Shown piece by piece: positions 29,940 to 40,424 of a DNA stretch of 64,000 nt. How positions within the stretch are numbered: the stretch's first letter is position 1; each line of letters opens with the position of its first letter. Origin of the DNA: a virus (taxonomy: Duplodnaviria > Caudoviricetes); the IMG/VR virus record IMGVR_UViG_3300014656_000001, positions 1 to 64,000 of that record, one strand, 5' to 3'. Made by a program: the position numbers and the translations under genes. Under the pieces are notes generated by a model. It saw only the letters and a list, made by a program, of their open reading frames with translations, did no database searches and was not told the origin of the DNA.

Positions 29940-30356
29940 CTATTTATTTTCATCAAATTCGAAATATAAAACGGCATCTTGTTCATACCATTTACCTTCG
30001 GCATCTTCTCCAACAGTTTCTATTCTCCCCTCTCTGAATCTCACACCACTAAAATCTTTCCCATCAAATATATTCAGAGCCGTTGTTGCTAATGTATCAC
30101 TAGCCGAAGTCGCTGTATTTGCCATTGTATATACTTCAATAGTGAGAAATCCCCATCTTCTAAATCTTCTATTATCAGTAGACCCCAATGATATCTGTCC
30201 CCCACCAACAAACTTTATTGAAAACTTCGCCCACGAAGTCACGCCCGTTGGTGGAGTGTAGGCGGCGTTATCATAAGATACTGGATAAACAGACTCATTC
30301 CATCCAGCAGAGAACGCCGCCATCATAGCTATGCGAGCTTGGTTTGGTGTGGGCAT
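29940..30356 (-). CDS. tail terminator / completion protein
   Basis: VSYDNAAYTPP...WAKFSI...GFLTIEVYT. Confidence 0.7.
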   Translation of the reverse strand: MPTPNQARIAMMAAFSAGWNESVYPVSYDNAAYTPPTGVTSWAKFSIKFVGGGQISLGSTDNRRFRRWGFLTIEVYTMANTATSASDTLATTALNIFDGKDFSGVRFREGRIETVGEDAEGKWYEQDAVLYFEFDENK

Positions 30357-30835
30357 TACTTCTTTCTCCTTCTCTTCTTATACGTACTGGGTGTTACTTG
30401 TGATCGAAACCCGCCAATACTCTTTGCTGTGAGAGGAGCTGTAATAACGCCCTTGCTTGCCAACGCATTCTTAATAGCACTGTCCACAAAATATCTGTAC
30501 CTCTTATGCTTCATATTGATATAGTTTATGTAAGGTACATTGTTACAAATAAAGATCGGCCCTTTTGTCCACTTTGCGAGAGACGCTATACCCGCATTGG
30601 ATTTGTTTATATTGAGTTTATTTGGATGTTTCTTTCCATACGTGCGAAGAACAGGCTTCCCTATCGATGGTATCCAGTTGGAAGAAGCCCACCCCGTATC
30701 TATTGGAGTTCCCCCCATTTGGGGGTTATCTCTCAATCGGCTGACAATATCAATACCAAGACCGATAACCTCTTTCTGAGCGAAATTGGTTATGTCCAAC
30801 AAAATCTCTCTGGACTGATCTTCGTTGCTTTTCAT
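30356..30835 (-). CDS. neck protein (HK97 gp10-like)
   Basis: TPIDTGWASSNW, ICNNVPY. Confidence 0.75.
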   Translation of the reverse strand: MKSNEDQSREILLDITNFAQKEVIGLGIDIVSRLRDNPQMGGTPIDTGWASSNWIPSIGKPVLRTYGKKHPNKLNINKSNAGIASLAKWTKGPIFICNNVPYINYINMKHKRYRYFVDSAIKNALASKGVITAPLTAKSIGGFRSQVTPSTYKKRRRKK

Positions 30836-31233
30836 TACATTCTCACTTGTAACATGGAAAACACGATGGAGCCTAACACTTCACTGCTTTCCACATTTAT
30901 GATCTTCCACGTTCCAGCACTATCAACAAACTTATCATCCACAGTGGGAACGAAGTTTGATACGGGATCACTATCACCATCCAAAACAGACCCCAATGAA
31001 ACTGCAACCATTTTGTCGCCCTGTCTCACCACAGTACCGTCAATCATATCAGCCGTATAATCAATAACAGCCACAGTTGCTGTGTAACTGGCTGAAGTAG
31101 GTATTTTCCCTTTTGAATGGTCGTTAGCATCTACCCAAGTACCTTCTGTAACCCTGGTGATAGTTGCTGTCTTACCAACTTCAGTAAGAGCGTCTGTGAC
31201 TCCAGCTAATATATCGTCAGTCAGAGCCATCAT
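30835..31233 (-). CDS. head closure / head-tail joining protein
   Basis: IDGTVVRQGD, PTVDD motifs; position. Confidence 0.7.
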   Translation of the reverse strand: MMALTDDILAGVTDALTEVGKTATITRVTEGTWVDANDHSKGKIPTSASYTATVAVIDYTADMIDGTVVRQGDKMVAVSLGSVLDGDSDPVSNFVPTVDDKFVDSAGTWKIINVESSEVLGSIVFSMLQVRM

Positions 31234-31667
31234 TCACTCTCCAGTTCAGCATCTCTGTCTGCTTTGTATGTTGAAGGCGGGTTATCAAACATACCGAATT
31301 TGAATTTATTGGGTGGACGGTCTGTATCTGAGTCTGTCGATTCCATATCACTCAGTGAGACACCTGTCAGTTCAGCACCTGCTACCACTGAATCAGACCC
31401 ACCTCCACCCTGTGCCCTAAAATCGTAAACGTCCGCCAGTGCTTTATAATGTTCGAATTTATGTTGCAGACTGATACGAATAGGCCCAACAGCAAGACTT
31501 ACTTTCGTACTGAATGTAGCTGCAATGGCGCGGCAAGCCGTCGCCGCCGCTCTGTATTCATTTGTCTCCAGAGCTATGATCGCCGTATAATTAGCAGATG
31601 ATAATATCTGGTCATCTCCTGCTGGATCACCCACTAGCAATCTAGTTGTTGCTTCTGTAGCTGCCAT
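31230..31667 (-). CDS. head-tail adaptor
   Basis: RLLVGD...ILS...AAATACRAIAA; position. Confidence 0.7.
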   Translation of the reverse strand: MAATEATTRLLVGDPAGDDQILSSANYTAIIALETNEYRAAATACRAIAATFSTKVSLAVGPIRISLQHKFEHYKALADVYDFRAQGGGGSDSVVAGAELTGVSLSDMESTDSDTDRPPNKFKFGMFDNPPSTYKADRDAELESE

Positions 31668-31680
31668 AATAACCTCTCAG

Positions 31681-31971
31681 TTATTTGCCCCGCCGCGAAC
31701 TTTTCTTTTTGGTGGTTTTCTTTTCCACTTTAACATCTTCAACAACGGGAACATCTTCAACAGGCTTTGGCTTTGCCCCCGTAACTTTCGATATGGGTTG
31801 CATCGATAGCATTCTTTGATCGAACAGTAATTTCACCCGATTCCAGTCAGCATCAATCTTCTCATAATCGAAAAGGTCACCTGTTTTGTAGACTTTCCCA
31901 AGAAACTGGAAACCCACACGGCAGACCAGTACCATCCCTCTTTCCAATACTTCAGTAGCCAACATGCTCAT
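31681..31971 (-). CDS. small post-capsid hypothetical protein
   Basis: YKTGD motif, basic tail, GGAG RBS. Confidence 0.6.
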   Translation of the reverse strand: MSMLATEVLERGMVLVCRVGFQFLGKVYKTGDLFDYEKIDADWNRVKLLFDQRMLSMQPISKVTGAKPKPVEDVPVVEDVKVEKKTTKKKSSRRGK

Positions 31972-32054
31972 TTCTCCTTTATCTAATAGCTGCTCTTCAG
32001 ATTTAGCCCACTACGGCTAAATGAACAGGGAGAAATTAATCCCCCTGTTTTCGC

Positions 32055-32588
32055 TTACTTCATACTAAGTTCGATTTCCACGTCGGATGCTTCTGCAATA
32101 CCACGCGCATGGACAGTGATGAACGAAAGCCCGTCTACATCGATAGGCCCGTATAGACCCAAACGATCAGGAATTTCTCTGGAAACACACTCACGCGCAG
32201 CTGCTGTTGTAGCAGACGAAACATCGTCAAAATAGGGAATCCAAGTTGAAGCATAGGCCACTGTAGCTGTTGAGGAAAGACCTGGTTTACCTTCAATCCA
32301 AATAGGACGCGTCACAGCCCCTACATGAACTGGAGAACCAATGTTGTTTGTTTCAATATAAACATTAAGCCACACCTTACTCTTCCCAACAACACTAATG
32401 ACGGCTGAATCCATCGTTGTGGAAGCAGCTAGCACAGTCCAAGCCATCGTTGTTACTTCTCCAGCCGTCGCGTAACTCCCAGTATTGATGTTGTCAGTTG
32501 CCTGAGTATCAGTCATGAAAGTCAGTACTAAAAGAAAAGCCACAACAGGTGCCCAGAAGAGAAAGTTGATTTTACGTAAAGTACCCAT
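32055..32588 (-). CDS. signal-peptide-bearing beta-rich protein directly after the capsid gene
   Basis: MGTLRKINFLFWAPVVAFLLVLTFMTDTQA/T; GGAGG RBS. Confidence 0.7.
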   Translation of the reverse strand: MGTLRKINFLFWAPVVAFLLVLTFMTDTQATDNINTGSYATAGEVTTMAWTVLAASTTMDSAVISVVGKSKVWLNVYIETNNIGSPVHVGAVTRPIWIEGKPGLSSTATVAYASTWIPYFDDVSSATTAAARECVSREIPDRLGLYGPIDVDGLSFITVHARGIAEASDVEIELSMK

Positions 32589-32608
32589 TTTAATCCTCCT
32601 TTCTCACC

Positions 32609-33649
32609 TTATGTAAGGGATGTAGCTGACATGTCAGCTACTTCGTTAAAGAAGTATCCCAAATCGGCACAAATTACGTCTTGTGTCCATGCCGATTCGA
32701 TTTCATGGCGGTCGCTCTTGATGTTTTCCATACGGAACGTGCTGGTACGGGAACCATTAACACCAGCACCCGTGTACCCATTCCATTCGAAAGTAACACC
32801 AGCTGTGGGTTCGAGAATAAGACTGCCAGGATTCGAATAGCACAGAAGAGCATGTTTGCCAGCGATAAACGAGTGTGAAGCCGTCTGACCCTCATTGGCA
32901 GTGTTCTTGATTGCATCAGCAACCAAAATTTGATCCACATTAAAGAGAGCCGCCAGATCACTGTTATCGGCTTGTGCAGGTCCACCTGGGGTCTGGCCGT
33001 ATTTCAAACGATCAATAACTTCAGGGTGAAGACGAAGGGCATCATGCACTTCAGCACCAACCACCAGAATGTTAGGAGCGTATCCCGTCAATTCTTTAAC
33101 AGTGCGCTTTGCATTGAGTATGTCTTTGATGGGAGTACTGGCGGCATCATTCCATTTTACTGAAACGTCTTTGTCAGTCGTCCAAACACTGGTAGTGAAG
33201 AAAGTTTCCATCCAATCGATTTCACGGCGAAGAAGATCAACCATCGCTAAAAATCGGGCAATGGATTGTTCGTTACGAAATTCGACATCGTAGTTTGCCA
33301 ATACCTGGTCGTCCATATCAACGTGGAACGCATACACTTCAGCAAAGTACAAAGTCTGTGTGGGGGCAATCCCACCACCCGCTGATTCAGTTGCAGGTGC
33401 TCGTTTTTTCATCAAATCGAGATTGAACTGACCTGCATCCCATTTGGGGTAGTAGTTTGCTTGCTTGTCTACGGGAACTCCTGGAAAGACTTTGTTAGCT
33501 ACAAAACCCTCCAGGCTTTGAAAATTGGCAATCACCAAATTAGTCATCAGCCGATTGATATGGACATCGGAAGGAGTTGGTGTTGCGCGTTTGACGGGAG
33601 CAAGGGCTTTCGCTAAAGCTGCTTGCATGATTTGTGAATTGTTACCCAT
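32609..33649 (-). CDS. major capsid protein
   Basis: 346 aa, ANKVFPGVPVDKQ, WNDAASTPIKDI, PNILVVG (gpE/HK97-like); position. Confidence 0.88.
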   Translation of the reverse strand: MGNNSQIMQAALAKALAPVKRATPTPSDVHINRLMTNLVIANFQSLEGFVANKVFPGVPVDKQANYYPKWDAGQFNLDLMKKRAPATESAGGGIAPTQTLYFAEVYAFHVDMDDQVLANYDVEFRNEQSIARFLAMVDLLRREIDWMETFFTTSVWTTDKDVSVKWNDAASTPIKDILNAKRTVKELTGYAPNILVVGAEVHDALRLHPEVIDRLKYGQTPGGPAQADNSDLAALFNVDQILVADAIKNTANEGQTASHSFIAGKHALLCYSNPGSLILEPTAGVTFEWNGYTGAGVNGSRTSTFRMENIKSDRHEIESAWTQDVICADLGYFFNEVADMSATSLT

Positions 33650-33668
33650 TTTTCAAATCCTCCTTTCA

Positions 33669-34040
33669 TTATGCCGCTATATCGCGGGGCTGAACAAGAA
33701 CAGCAATGATGTCACCATCAGCAGCTGCGGCTTCCAATGCTCTGCCAAATATCCAATCACCCGAACCTACTGTTTCTGCTTTACCAGCCGCTCCTGTGGT
33801 AATCTGAGCACCTTTCGCAATTACAGCTCCTGCAATTACTTTAGCCACACCACCAATAATGCAACGCTCGGCTCTGCCTAAAGCGGCAGCTTTTCCATAC
33901 AGAACACAATCAGCCTGTTCTCCTTGTGAACTGCATACGTTCACACCAGTAGAGGTGATCTTTCCCAGGTAGTATTGCTTAGCTGATAAATCAGCAGCTG
34001 CTTCTACCGTAATAGGTACTAAAGACTCTTCCCAAGCCAT
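33669..34040 (-). CDS. capsid decoration/cement protein (DUF2190-like)
   Basis: AGAVIAKGAQITTGAAGKA...GRALEAAAADGDIIAVL. Confidence 0.8.
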   Translation of the reverse strand: MAWEESLVPITVEAAADLSAKQYYLGKITSTGVNVCSSQGEQADCVLYGKAAALGRAERCIIGGVAKVIAGAVIAKGAQITTGAAGKAETVGSGDWIFGRALEAAAADGDIIAVLVQPRDIAA

Positions 34041-34070
34041 GGTAATTCTCCTTTCTTTCTTTTTTTATAA

Positions 34071-35192
34071 TTAACCTGTTGCTTTCGTTTGTTTTGCGGC
34101 TTTTGCAAGTTCAACACACTCTGGATCGCGTAACAGACGGGAATAAGCTTCTGCTTTGCTAATACCCTCTTTTGCAACAAGGGTATCGGCTTTCTGATCC
34201 AGTTCCAAAGCTGCATCATCAGCACTCTTGGAAAATCCAACATTGGATTTCACAATCTGTAGATTGGAAACACTGGATTCAGGAGTGGAGACAGCTTGGA
34301 ACAATTGACCAAACGCCACATTCGCCGCCGAAAGTAATTCTTCAGCTGACTTCCGAACACTCTCATCTTTGATCGTCTCCAAAGATTTCAGAATGGCGGC
34401 TTTCGTGGAGGGTTCACCGGGTAGATTTGCATACGTGGATTCCGCTTTGTGAATCAGTTCGGATTCTTCCCGTTTCGCCTTTTCCATGGCGGCTTCTTGC
34501 TGAGCTCTGGCAATGGAAGCTTGCTGAGATTTCAATACAGCATACGCCACATCACCCACTTCAGCTTTGCTTACGATAACACCATCTGGAGTTGTGAATG
34601 TTTCATCGGTCTTTTTCGATTTTTCGATGATCTTTCCACGCTCTTCAGAAGTGGCATTCAAAAAGGCTGTTTGATCGTCACCTTTCAGAATATCGTAATG
34701 TCCCTTTTCCACAGCAGTCATCGCCGCTATTTTGGTAAGCCGTTCTACTTCTGGCTGACCTTTGGACATAGCTTCTTCAACGGCTTTGGCGATAGCTGCG
34801 TCCAATTGCTCTTGAGTAAAGTTTGTGTCTTTGTCGTTACCCATTTCTAAACTCTCCTTTTCTTTCGATTTTGCAACATTGGTAAGAAGTTGATCCACTA
34901 CTGTTGAGTAAGAAGAAACAACCTCTTTTATTTTGCTTGCTTTGTCCTCCATAGCAATGTCATTATCATAAAATATCTCTGAAATGGCATCGTCCATGGC
35001 ATATCTCATATTCCAAAACATCTCATTGATTTCATTCTTTTTGAGCATGTCTTCGAATATGCCCTTAACGACAGGCTCTTCAAACACAGAAGAGGGTTTT
35101 GCTTTTGCTAATACTGTATTTGCCAATGGGTTGATTCCTTTAGCACAAGAAGACACTTCTGTAATAGACTTAATTTTTATACGTTTCGCCAT
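34071..35192 (-). CDS. capsid scaffolding protein
   Basis: Helical, charged, between protease and decoration genes. Confidence 0.6.
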   Translation of the reverse strand: MAKRIKIKSITEVSSCAKGINPLANTVLAKAKPSSVFEEPVVKGIFEDMLKKNEINEMFWNMRYAMDDAISEIFYDNDIAMEDKASKIKEVVSSYSTVVDQLLTNVAKSKEKESLEMGNDKDTNFTQEQLDAAIAKAVEEAMSKGQPEVERLTKIAAMTAVEKGHYDILKGDDQTAFLNATSEERGKIIEKSKKTDETFTTPDGVIVSKAEVGDVAYAVLKSQQASIARAQQEAAMEKAKREESELIHKAESTYANLPGEPSTKAAILKSLETIKDESVRKSAEELLSAANVAFGQLFQAVSTPESSVSNLQIVKSNVGFSKSADDAALELDQKADTLVAKEGISKAEAYSRLLRDPECVELAKAAKQTKATG

Positions 35193-35598
35193 CGTAATCC
35201 TCCCATTCTCCAGTTCCGCCGATTGAAAACATGGCGTACTCTCCTTTCTTTATCTTTTCCCAAACTTCAGGATGGTTTGCTTTATCAACTTGAAATTCCA
35301 CATACCACCCCTCAAATCCAAGATCGATTTCAAGTGCTTTTTGGAGTTCGTTGGTAAAAACAAGAGATTGGGTAAGAGTTCCAACGCCTGTGTATTGGTG
35401 AGTGTCCCCCTGATCTCTGTAATGGATTACAAAATCTCGTGCGGCTTTTTCAATGTCTTCAGTAAATATAACATCCCCATCATCATCTTCCACCAAAACA
35501 CCGCCAATTGTCATGATAGAAGCCCACCCACCGACAATACCTAAATCATCGCTAGTCTTGGTGATCTTACCAGATTTAGATTTGATGATCTTACTCAT
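35170..35598 (-). CDS. XkdF-like prohead protease
   Basis: DDDGD...IEKAARDF..H...GWYV...WEKIKKGEYAMFSIGG. Confidence 0.85.
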   Translation of the reverse strand: MSKIIKSKSGKITKTSDDLGIVGGWASIMTIGGVLVEDDDGDVIFTEDIEKAARDFVIHYRDQGDTHQYTGVGTLTQSLVFTNELQKALEIDLGFEGWYVEFQVDKANHPEVWEKIKKGEYAMFSIGGTGEWEDYDGETYKN

Positions 35599-35621
35599 AA
35601 TCCGTATCCTTTCTGTGTAAC

Positions 35622-35630
35622 ATTATACCA
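35622..35630 (-). promoter_or_regulatory. extended -10 (TGGTATAAT) upstream of the head genes
   Basis: Reverse complement of attatacca in the intergenic gap. Confidence 0.5.
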
Positions 35631-35657
35631 AATTAAATAATTAATCAATAGTAAATT

Positions 35658-36635
35658 TTACACAACCTTGTAAATCAGACGACACCTACAGTTCACGACC
35701 TCCTCAGGAGGTGCGTTGGGATCGCGTGGGTAACGTAATAAATTCCCTCTTGGAGTCTTAAATGGCTGGTCTATTCCCACCCCATCTTTATTCAATTTAG
35801 GCATCCCTTTATGTGACCACCTCGTTCTTTCATCCAAAGTAGCCACCCAAAATCTCAACAGTTCCACCTGCATACTCCCCTCATCATACGCCTGTTTCAG
35901 AGATTCAAACTCACCCATGGATATAGCTCTCATCGCTTCGGTACGTGCCACAGTCTCAGCCCTGTACTTCAACGTTCTCTCTCTGTATCTGTCCACCATC
36001 TTATCGATCTTCTCTTGAGAGATTGGTTTGTCTTTCTTTTTGGCACTGGACAGCAGTTTGTCAAATCTCTTGTCTCTAAGGGTGTTTTTCAGAGCAGATG
36101 ATATGTCTCCCGATTCCAACGATGCCCGAAAATTACTGACCGCCTGATTCTGTATTTGTGTCAATCCAATACTATCCCGTATATCCCTTGCGGCTTTGAT
36201 TGGATTGACACCCGCAATAATATTAGCCTCTAACTGATCCACAACAACCTTTCTAGTTCCCATGGATATATCACTGACCAGACGCACATAGTGATTCTTG
36301 AACTCCCGAATGACACCCTGATCCAGCATATCAAATGTGTAAGTCTCCAGAATTGCCTTTTTGGGAAGTTGGCCGATCACAGCCCTCCCTCCCTCAGCTA
36401 CGGCATCAATCAGAGTGTCCCGAATCTCTTTCCCAATAATCTTCTCCAAATCACCCAGTTTTGCCAGAACAGCAGATATACCTCCAGTAACAATCAACCC
36501 TTCCAACTCTGACAGGATTATACCGCTCTTGATTTTTTCAAAAGCGGCAAGAAGCCCTTGTTCGATCTTAGGTTCGTACTTGGACGCAATCCTATCCAAA
36601 TGATCTGTTGTGTCTGACTTATTCAGGTTTACCAT
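35658..36635 (-). CDS. head morphogenesis protein (SPP1 gp7 / Mu F-like)
   Basis: RAETVARTE, W.ATLDERTR..H, NCRC. Confidence 0.9.
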   Translation of the reverse strand: MVNLNKSDTTDHLDRIASKYEPKIEQGLLAAFEKIKSGIILSELEGLIVTGGISAVLAKLGDLEKIIGKEIRDTLIDAVAEGGRAVIGQLPKKAILETYTFDMLDQGVIREFKNHYVRLVSDISMGTRKVVVDQLEANIIAGVNPIKAARDIRDSIGLTQIQNQAVSNFRASLESGDISSALKNTLRDKRFDKLLSSAKKKDKPISQEKIDKMVDRYRERTLKYRAETVARTEAMRAISMGEFESLKQAYDEGSMQVELLRFWVATLDERTRWSHKGMPKLNKDGVGIDQPFKTPRGNLLRYPRDPNAPPEEVVNCRCRLIYKVV

Positions 36636-38040
36636 TAGGCACTCCCATTATTGGAGGCTTATTCGCCTGTGTCTCTTTAATCTCTAATTCTTTGTGAGAA
36701 GGTACTATGTAATCGTTTACGGGGTTCTTATCGGGGAATCCCGCCCGAGCTCTTACGTGGGCTTCCAAATCGTCATCGGGGAATATGGGCATTCCAGCAT
36801 CACCCAGATTCTTAACTGCTTCAGATAGTTCGAGAACGTTTTCTGGATCAACTTTACCGTACTGCATTTTAGGCATAGTGATTCTATCGAATCCATTAAT
36901 ATCAAATAATGCGGGGATGATTCTTCGATTGAAAACAGCCGCTATGATACTCAACCACCCTTCCAACGCATTCATGAAGATGGAAGATTTGTCTCTGGAA
37001 AGGGCTTGTGATCCCCTCTCACCAACACCAAGCATCACCCAATCAGCCAGCACACTACGGCATATCCCTCTCGAATGACGATCCAGTACAGCCCCCGTAT
37101 CAATCGTTCGTGTGCCAGAAGACGCCATTAGCTTAAAATTCACCTTCTTCACATCACTAATCTTTCCCTCAGCATCAATAAATGTATCAGAGGGAATGAC
37201 AACCCCTGCTTGCTGATTGATTCGAACGTTCTTCACTAAATTCACATACGTCTGTACCACAGCTATATCAGCTGCGGCAGTTGACTTTAATAACTCATCA
37301 GGTAATTCAACAATAGGCAAACCCGTCAATTCACGTTCCACCCCAATTGCTTCAATCATTTCCAAACTCTTCTTGAAATGATATGCTTTATAAGCACTTC
37401 GAAGAGCCGATTTTCCTTCTGGGTTGTTCTTTGTATATTTAGACCTGAACAAAACACAACGATCCATGGGAAGAAATATATCTCCCATCCCATAAGGGGG
37501 TGTTTGATACGCTCCAATCACTTCATCCCCATGAAAAGCCCATTTATGGATAGTGTCTTGTGATCTGGGAGCCAGATTTCTAAGTCCAATTTTCCCGTCA
37601 TCATAAGCACTTCTGAACCTCGGGTCGCTCTGTTTGATTCCCTTACGACGTTTATAGATAATCTCAAACAGGGAAAATCCAAATGGAATCATACTCAAGA
37701 CCTCAACCACAAAGTCTTCCAGTGACACATCCATGTCTTTGAGCACTTCCCGTACAAACTCAGCTTTATCTTCGTATTCTGGATTCGATCTATAATCTTC
37801 ATCCACCACCACAGTCCATGGAACAGACCTGATTGTCATCTCAATAGCAAAGATGACAGAGCCAACAGTCTCATCTGATTCCATCATCTCTTTATACATC
37901 TTGGCGGCTTTTACCCCTTGCAGGTCTGGCTGGTACTCTTCCATGATGTACCCGCTACTTTGTTTCAGACCTGTTACCCCCAAAGGCATTCCTATCTTGT
38001 TATTCACGGCTTTCTTCACTAAATGCTTTGTTCTGGGCAT
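36619..38040 (-). CDS. portal protein (DUF935 / Mu gp29-like)
   Basis: GFSLFEIIY, NPEGKSALR..Y..Y.FK, IGVERELTGLP. Confidence 0.88.
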   Translation of the reverse strand: MPRTKHLVKKAVNNKIGMPLGVTGLKQSSGYIMEEYQPDLQGVKAAKMYKEMMESDETVGSVIFAIEMTIRSVPWTVVVDEDYRSNPEYEDKAEFVREVLKDMDVSLEDFVVEVLSMIPFGFSLFEIIYKRRKGIKQSDPRFRSAYDDGKIGLRNLAPRSQDTIHKWAFHGDEVIGAYQTPPYGMGDIFLPMDRCVLFRSKYTKNNPEGKSALRSAYKAYHFKKSLEMIEAIGVERELTGLPIVELPDELLKSTAAADIAVVQTYVNLVKNVRINQQAGVVIPSDTFIDAEGKISDVKKVNFKLMASSGTRTIDTGAVLDRHSRGICRSVLADWVMLGVGERGSQALSRDKSSIFMNALEGWLSIIAAVFNRRIIPALFDINGFDRITMPKMQYGKVDPENVLELSEAVKNLGDAGMPIFPDDDLEAHVRARAGFPDKNPVNDYIVPSHKELEIKETQANKPPIMGVPNGKPE

Positions 38041-38054
38041 AATAATCTCTCCTT

Positions 38055-39668
38055 TTACATAACCGGGCCTGATACAACGGGAACTCCATCAGGTTTATCT
38101 ACAAATTTTGTTTTATACGTCATTTCATCCTTATTATATCCTACAACCATTTTGTCAGACTTTCCCATTAAAATTTCAGGGGAACCCGCCACGCCATGTT
38201 GATTCCCCATTTTCTCAAGCAGTCTGATTTCATGGAACGCTCTGGAACTGGCATCCACTTGATCCAGAAATTTACCGTTAGGGAACGATCCACACTCATC
38301 CAAATAAATCTCATTCCATACATCTTTCACAATGAAAACATTCCCAATTTCAACCTGAGCTGCAAACGACTGAGCACGTATTTCTTTATCCCCCGATTCC
38401 AATGAGGTGCGTATTGGGTATCCCGCCAGCATAGTTTTCAAATGTTGAGCCGATAACTTGCCAGCAGATGCAGGGTCTTGGGGGAACGACTGAAGCCTTA
38501 CATGATGACCTTCATCATCGGCATCAACAATCGCTTTGATCTTAGCCTCAAGAGCACCTGGGGTAAGACGAAAACGGCAAACGTTTATGATATAGTATTT
38601 CCCTTCAACCTTCTTAATTAAAACACCACACGTCCACGCAGCTCTCTTATCAGAACTTGCCGCCAAGTCCCATCCCCTCACGATAATACCTCCAGAAGGC
38701 ACTTTATCATAAGTAATTTCTTTGAACCACTTGGGATCGAACATCCCCCCTTGACGGGGAGCAGGTCTCTGCTGAAGCTGTCCCGCCGCCGCATACACCC
38801 CCATGGCATCTTCCAGATTCTTTACCTCACGTTCTCCAAACTTCTCTTCCCATATCAACTCCCCATCAATCTCTCTGGGGTCTTCTGGATGGACGTAAGG
38901 GTGATCGTATTCGTATTTACATGGAAGTACCAGATGTTTGTAACCTACTTTAATCATCTCCCCCGCCAAATCTTCCTCATGCACTCTCTGTTGGATGATA
39001 ATCTTTACACCTGTCTTTGCATCATTCAAACGGGTGGAAACAGCTTCTTTCCACCATTCGACAGTGGATCGTCTAACAGATTCTGATTCCCCTTCTACTA
39101 CATTGTGTGGATCATCTACGATGAGAAAATCACCGCCCTCTCCCGTAACCGAACCTCCAACAGATGCGATTGTACGATACCCTTGTTTTGTTGTTTCATA
39201 CCTGCGTTTCTGATTCTGGTCGTCAGCCAGTTCAACGATATCTCCCCATCTCTCCCTGAACCAATCAGACTCAATTAACCTGCGACACTTCACACTGTCG
39301 CGCTCACATAAGTTTAATGCGTAAGAGAAAAAGAAAAACCTAATGGAAGCGTCTTGTATCCAACACCACACAGGAAACAAAACTGCTACTATGGAAGATT
39401 TACAGTGACGGGGAGGTATATTAATAACTAACCTTTTTATTTCCCTGCGGTAGCATTTTTCGAGGTATTTACAAATCAATTTAATATGCCAACCGTCAGC
39501 GAAAGGTGCTGGGTCGATTGCCGGCCAAGTCAGTCTCACGAAATCATGAAATGACCTTTTCCCCAATTCACGATCAATGCTAACCTCATTCAGCATATTA
39601 TGAGTGTTCTTTTCACTGTCCAGCATCAAGTGTCTATCGCTATTCAGCGTATTTTTAGTTCTGGGCAT
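38055..39668 (-). CDS. terL: terminase large subunit
   Basis: INIPPRHCKS, IVDDPH, RGWDLA, DQVDASS; start taken at MPRTK. Confidence 0.95.
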   Translation of the reverse strand: MPRTKNTLNSDRHLMLDSEKNTHNMLNEVSIDRELGKRSFHDFVRLTWPAIDPAPFADGWHIKLICKYLEKCYRREIKRLVINIPPRHCKSSIVAVLFPVWCWIQDASIRFFFFSYALNLCERDSVKCRRLIESDWFRERWGDIVELADDQNQKRRYETTKQGYRTIASVGGSVTGEGGDFLIVDDPHNVVEGESESVRRSTVEWWKEAVSTRLNDAKTGVKIIIQQRVHEEDLAGEMIKVGYKHLVLPCKYEYDHPYVHPEDPREIDGELIWEEKFGEREVKNLEDAMGVYAAAGQLQQRPAPRQGGMFDPKWFKEITYDKVPSGGIIVRGWDLAASSDKRAAWTCGVLIKKVEGKYYIINVCRFRLTPGALEAKIKAIVDADDEGHHVRLQSFPQDPASAGKLSAQHLKTMLAGYPIRTSLESGDKEIRAQSFAAQVEIGNVFIVKDVWNEIYLDECGSFPNGKFLDQVDASSRAFHEIRLLEKMGNQHGVAGSPEILMGKSDKMVVGYNKDEMTYKTKFVDKPDGVPVVSGPVM

Positions 39669-40398
39669 TATCCACCATCTCTTCCACAATATCGGGAGCC
39701 ACTTCTTGCATCTCGATCATATCGGCCTCTGTAAATGATGCCTTCTCAAACGAAATCTGATCGAGCTTCCCGTTTGCCTTCGCAGACATGTCTTTCAATG
39801 CTTGCAACTCTTCAGTAGAAAATTTGGACATATCCAGATGGACGTGTTTATGGGTGTTCATCTCCAGTTTTTCGGCATTACGTCTCCACCTCATACCGTT
39901 ACGGTTACACAAGAAGAAAATGATGGCGCGGGTGTCTGGAGGAAAGTACATTTCTTCTTCAGTTTCAATTCTCTCGGTATACGTTAATACCTCACCGTGA
40001 TCGTCCAGCACGGGCATACCTGACTTATCAGTAACGACTTTGGTTTTTGCAATGCTCTTCTCAATCGTCTTGGAGTAACCTACAGCCCTTGTTCTCAACG
40101 CACTCTCAACAACTTCAGTATCATATATATCCCTGCCAGCCTTCAACGCTTTGCTAAATCTGGGATGCTTATTCTTCCAGACAGATATGACTCTTTCTTT
40201 CACTCCAAATATCATGGCTAGATCAGGTATTGTTGCTCCCATACGGGAACATACACGAAAGGCGAGTTTTGGATGTAATTCATCATCATAGACACTATGA
40301 GACAGCTTATCCAAAGCAGACCTCATTTCATACCTATTCAAAGCTCCTTCGAACTCATCCAGGTCTAGTTCAGCAGGTTTTTCCAGTGTTCTTGGCAT
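39655..40398 (-). CDS. terS: terminase small subunit
   Basis: HTH (GAT..DLA..FGV..ISVWKNKHPRF..ALKAGR), VESALR.RAVGY, PPDT.AIIFFL.NR; GGAGG RBS. Confidence 0.85.
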   Translation of the reverse strand: MPRTLEKPAELDLDEFEGALNRYEMRSALDKLSHSVYDDELHPKLAFRVCSRMGATIPDLAMIFGVKERVISVWKNKHPRFSKALKAGRDIYDTEVVESALRTRAVGYSKTIEKSIAKTKVVTDKSGMPVLDDHGEVLTYTERIETEEEMYFPPDTRAIIFFLCNRNGMRWRRNAEKLEMNTHKHVHLDMSKFSTEELQALKDMSAKANGKLDQISFEKASFTEADMIEMQEVAPDIVEEMVDNAQN

Positions 40399-40424
40399 AA
40401 CTAAATCCTCCACTTTCCTCCATC

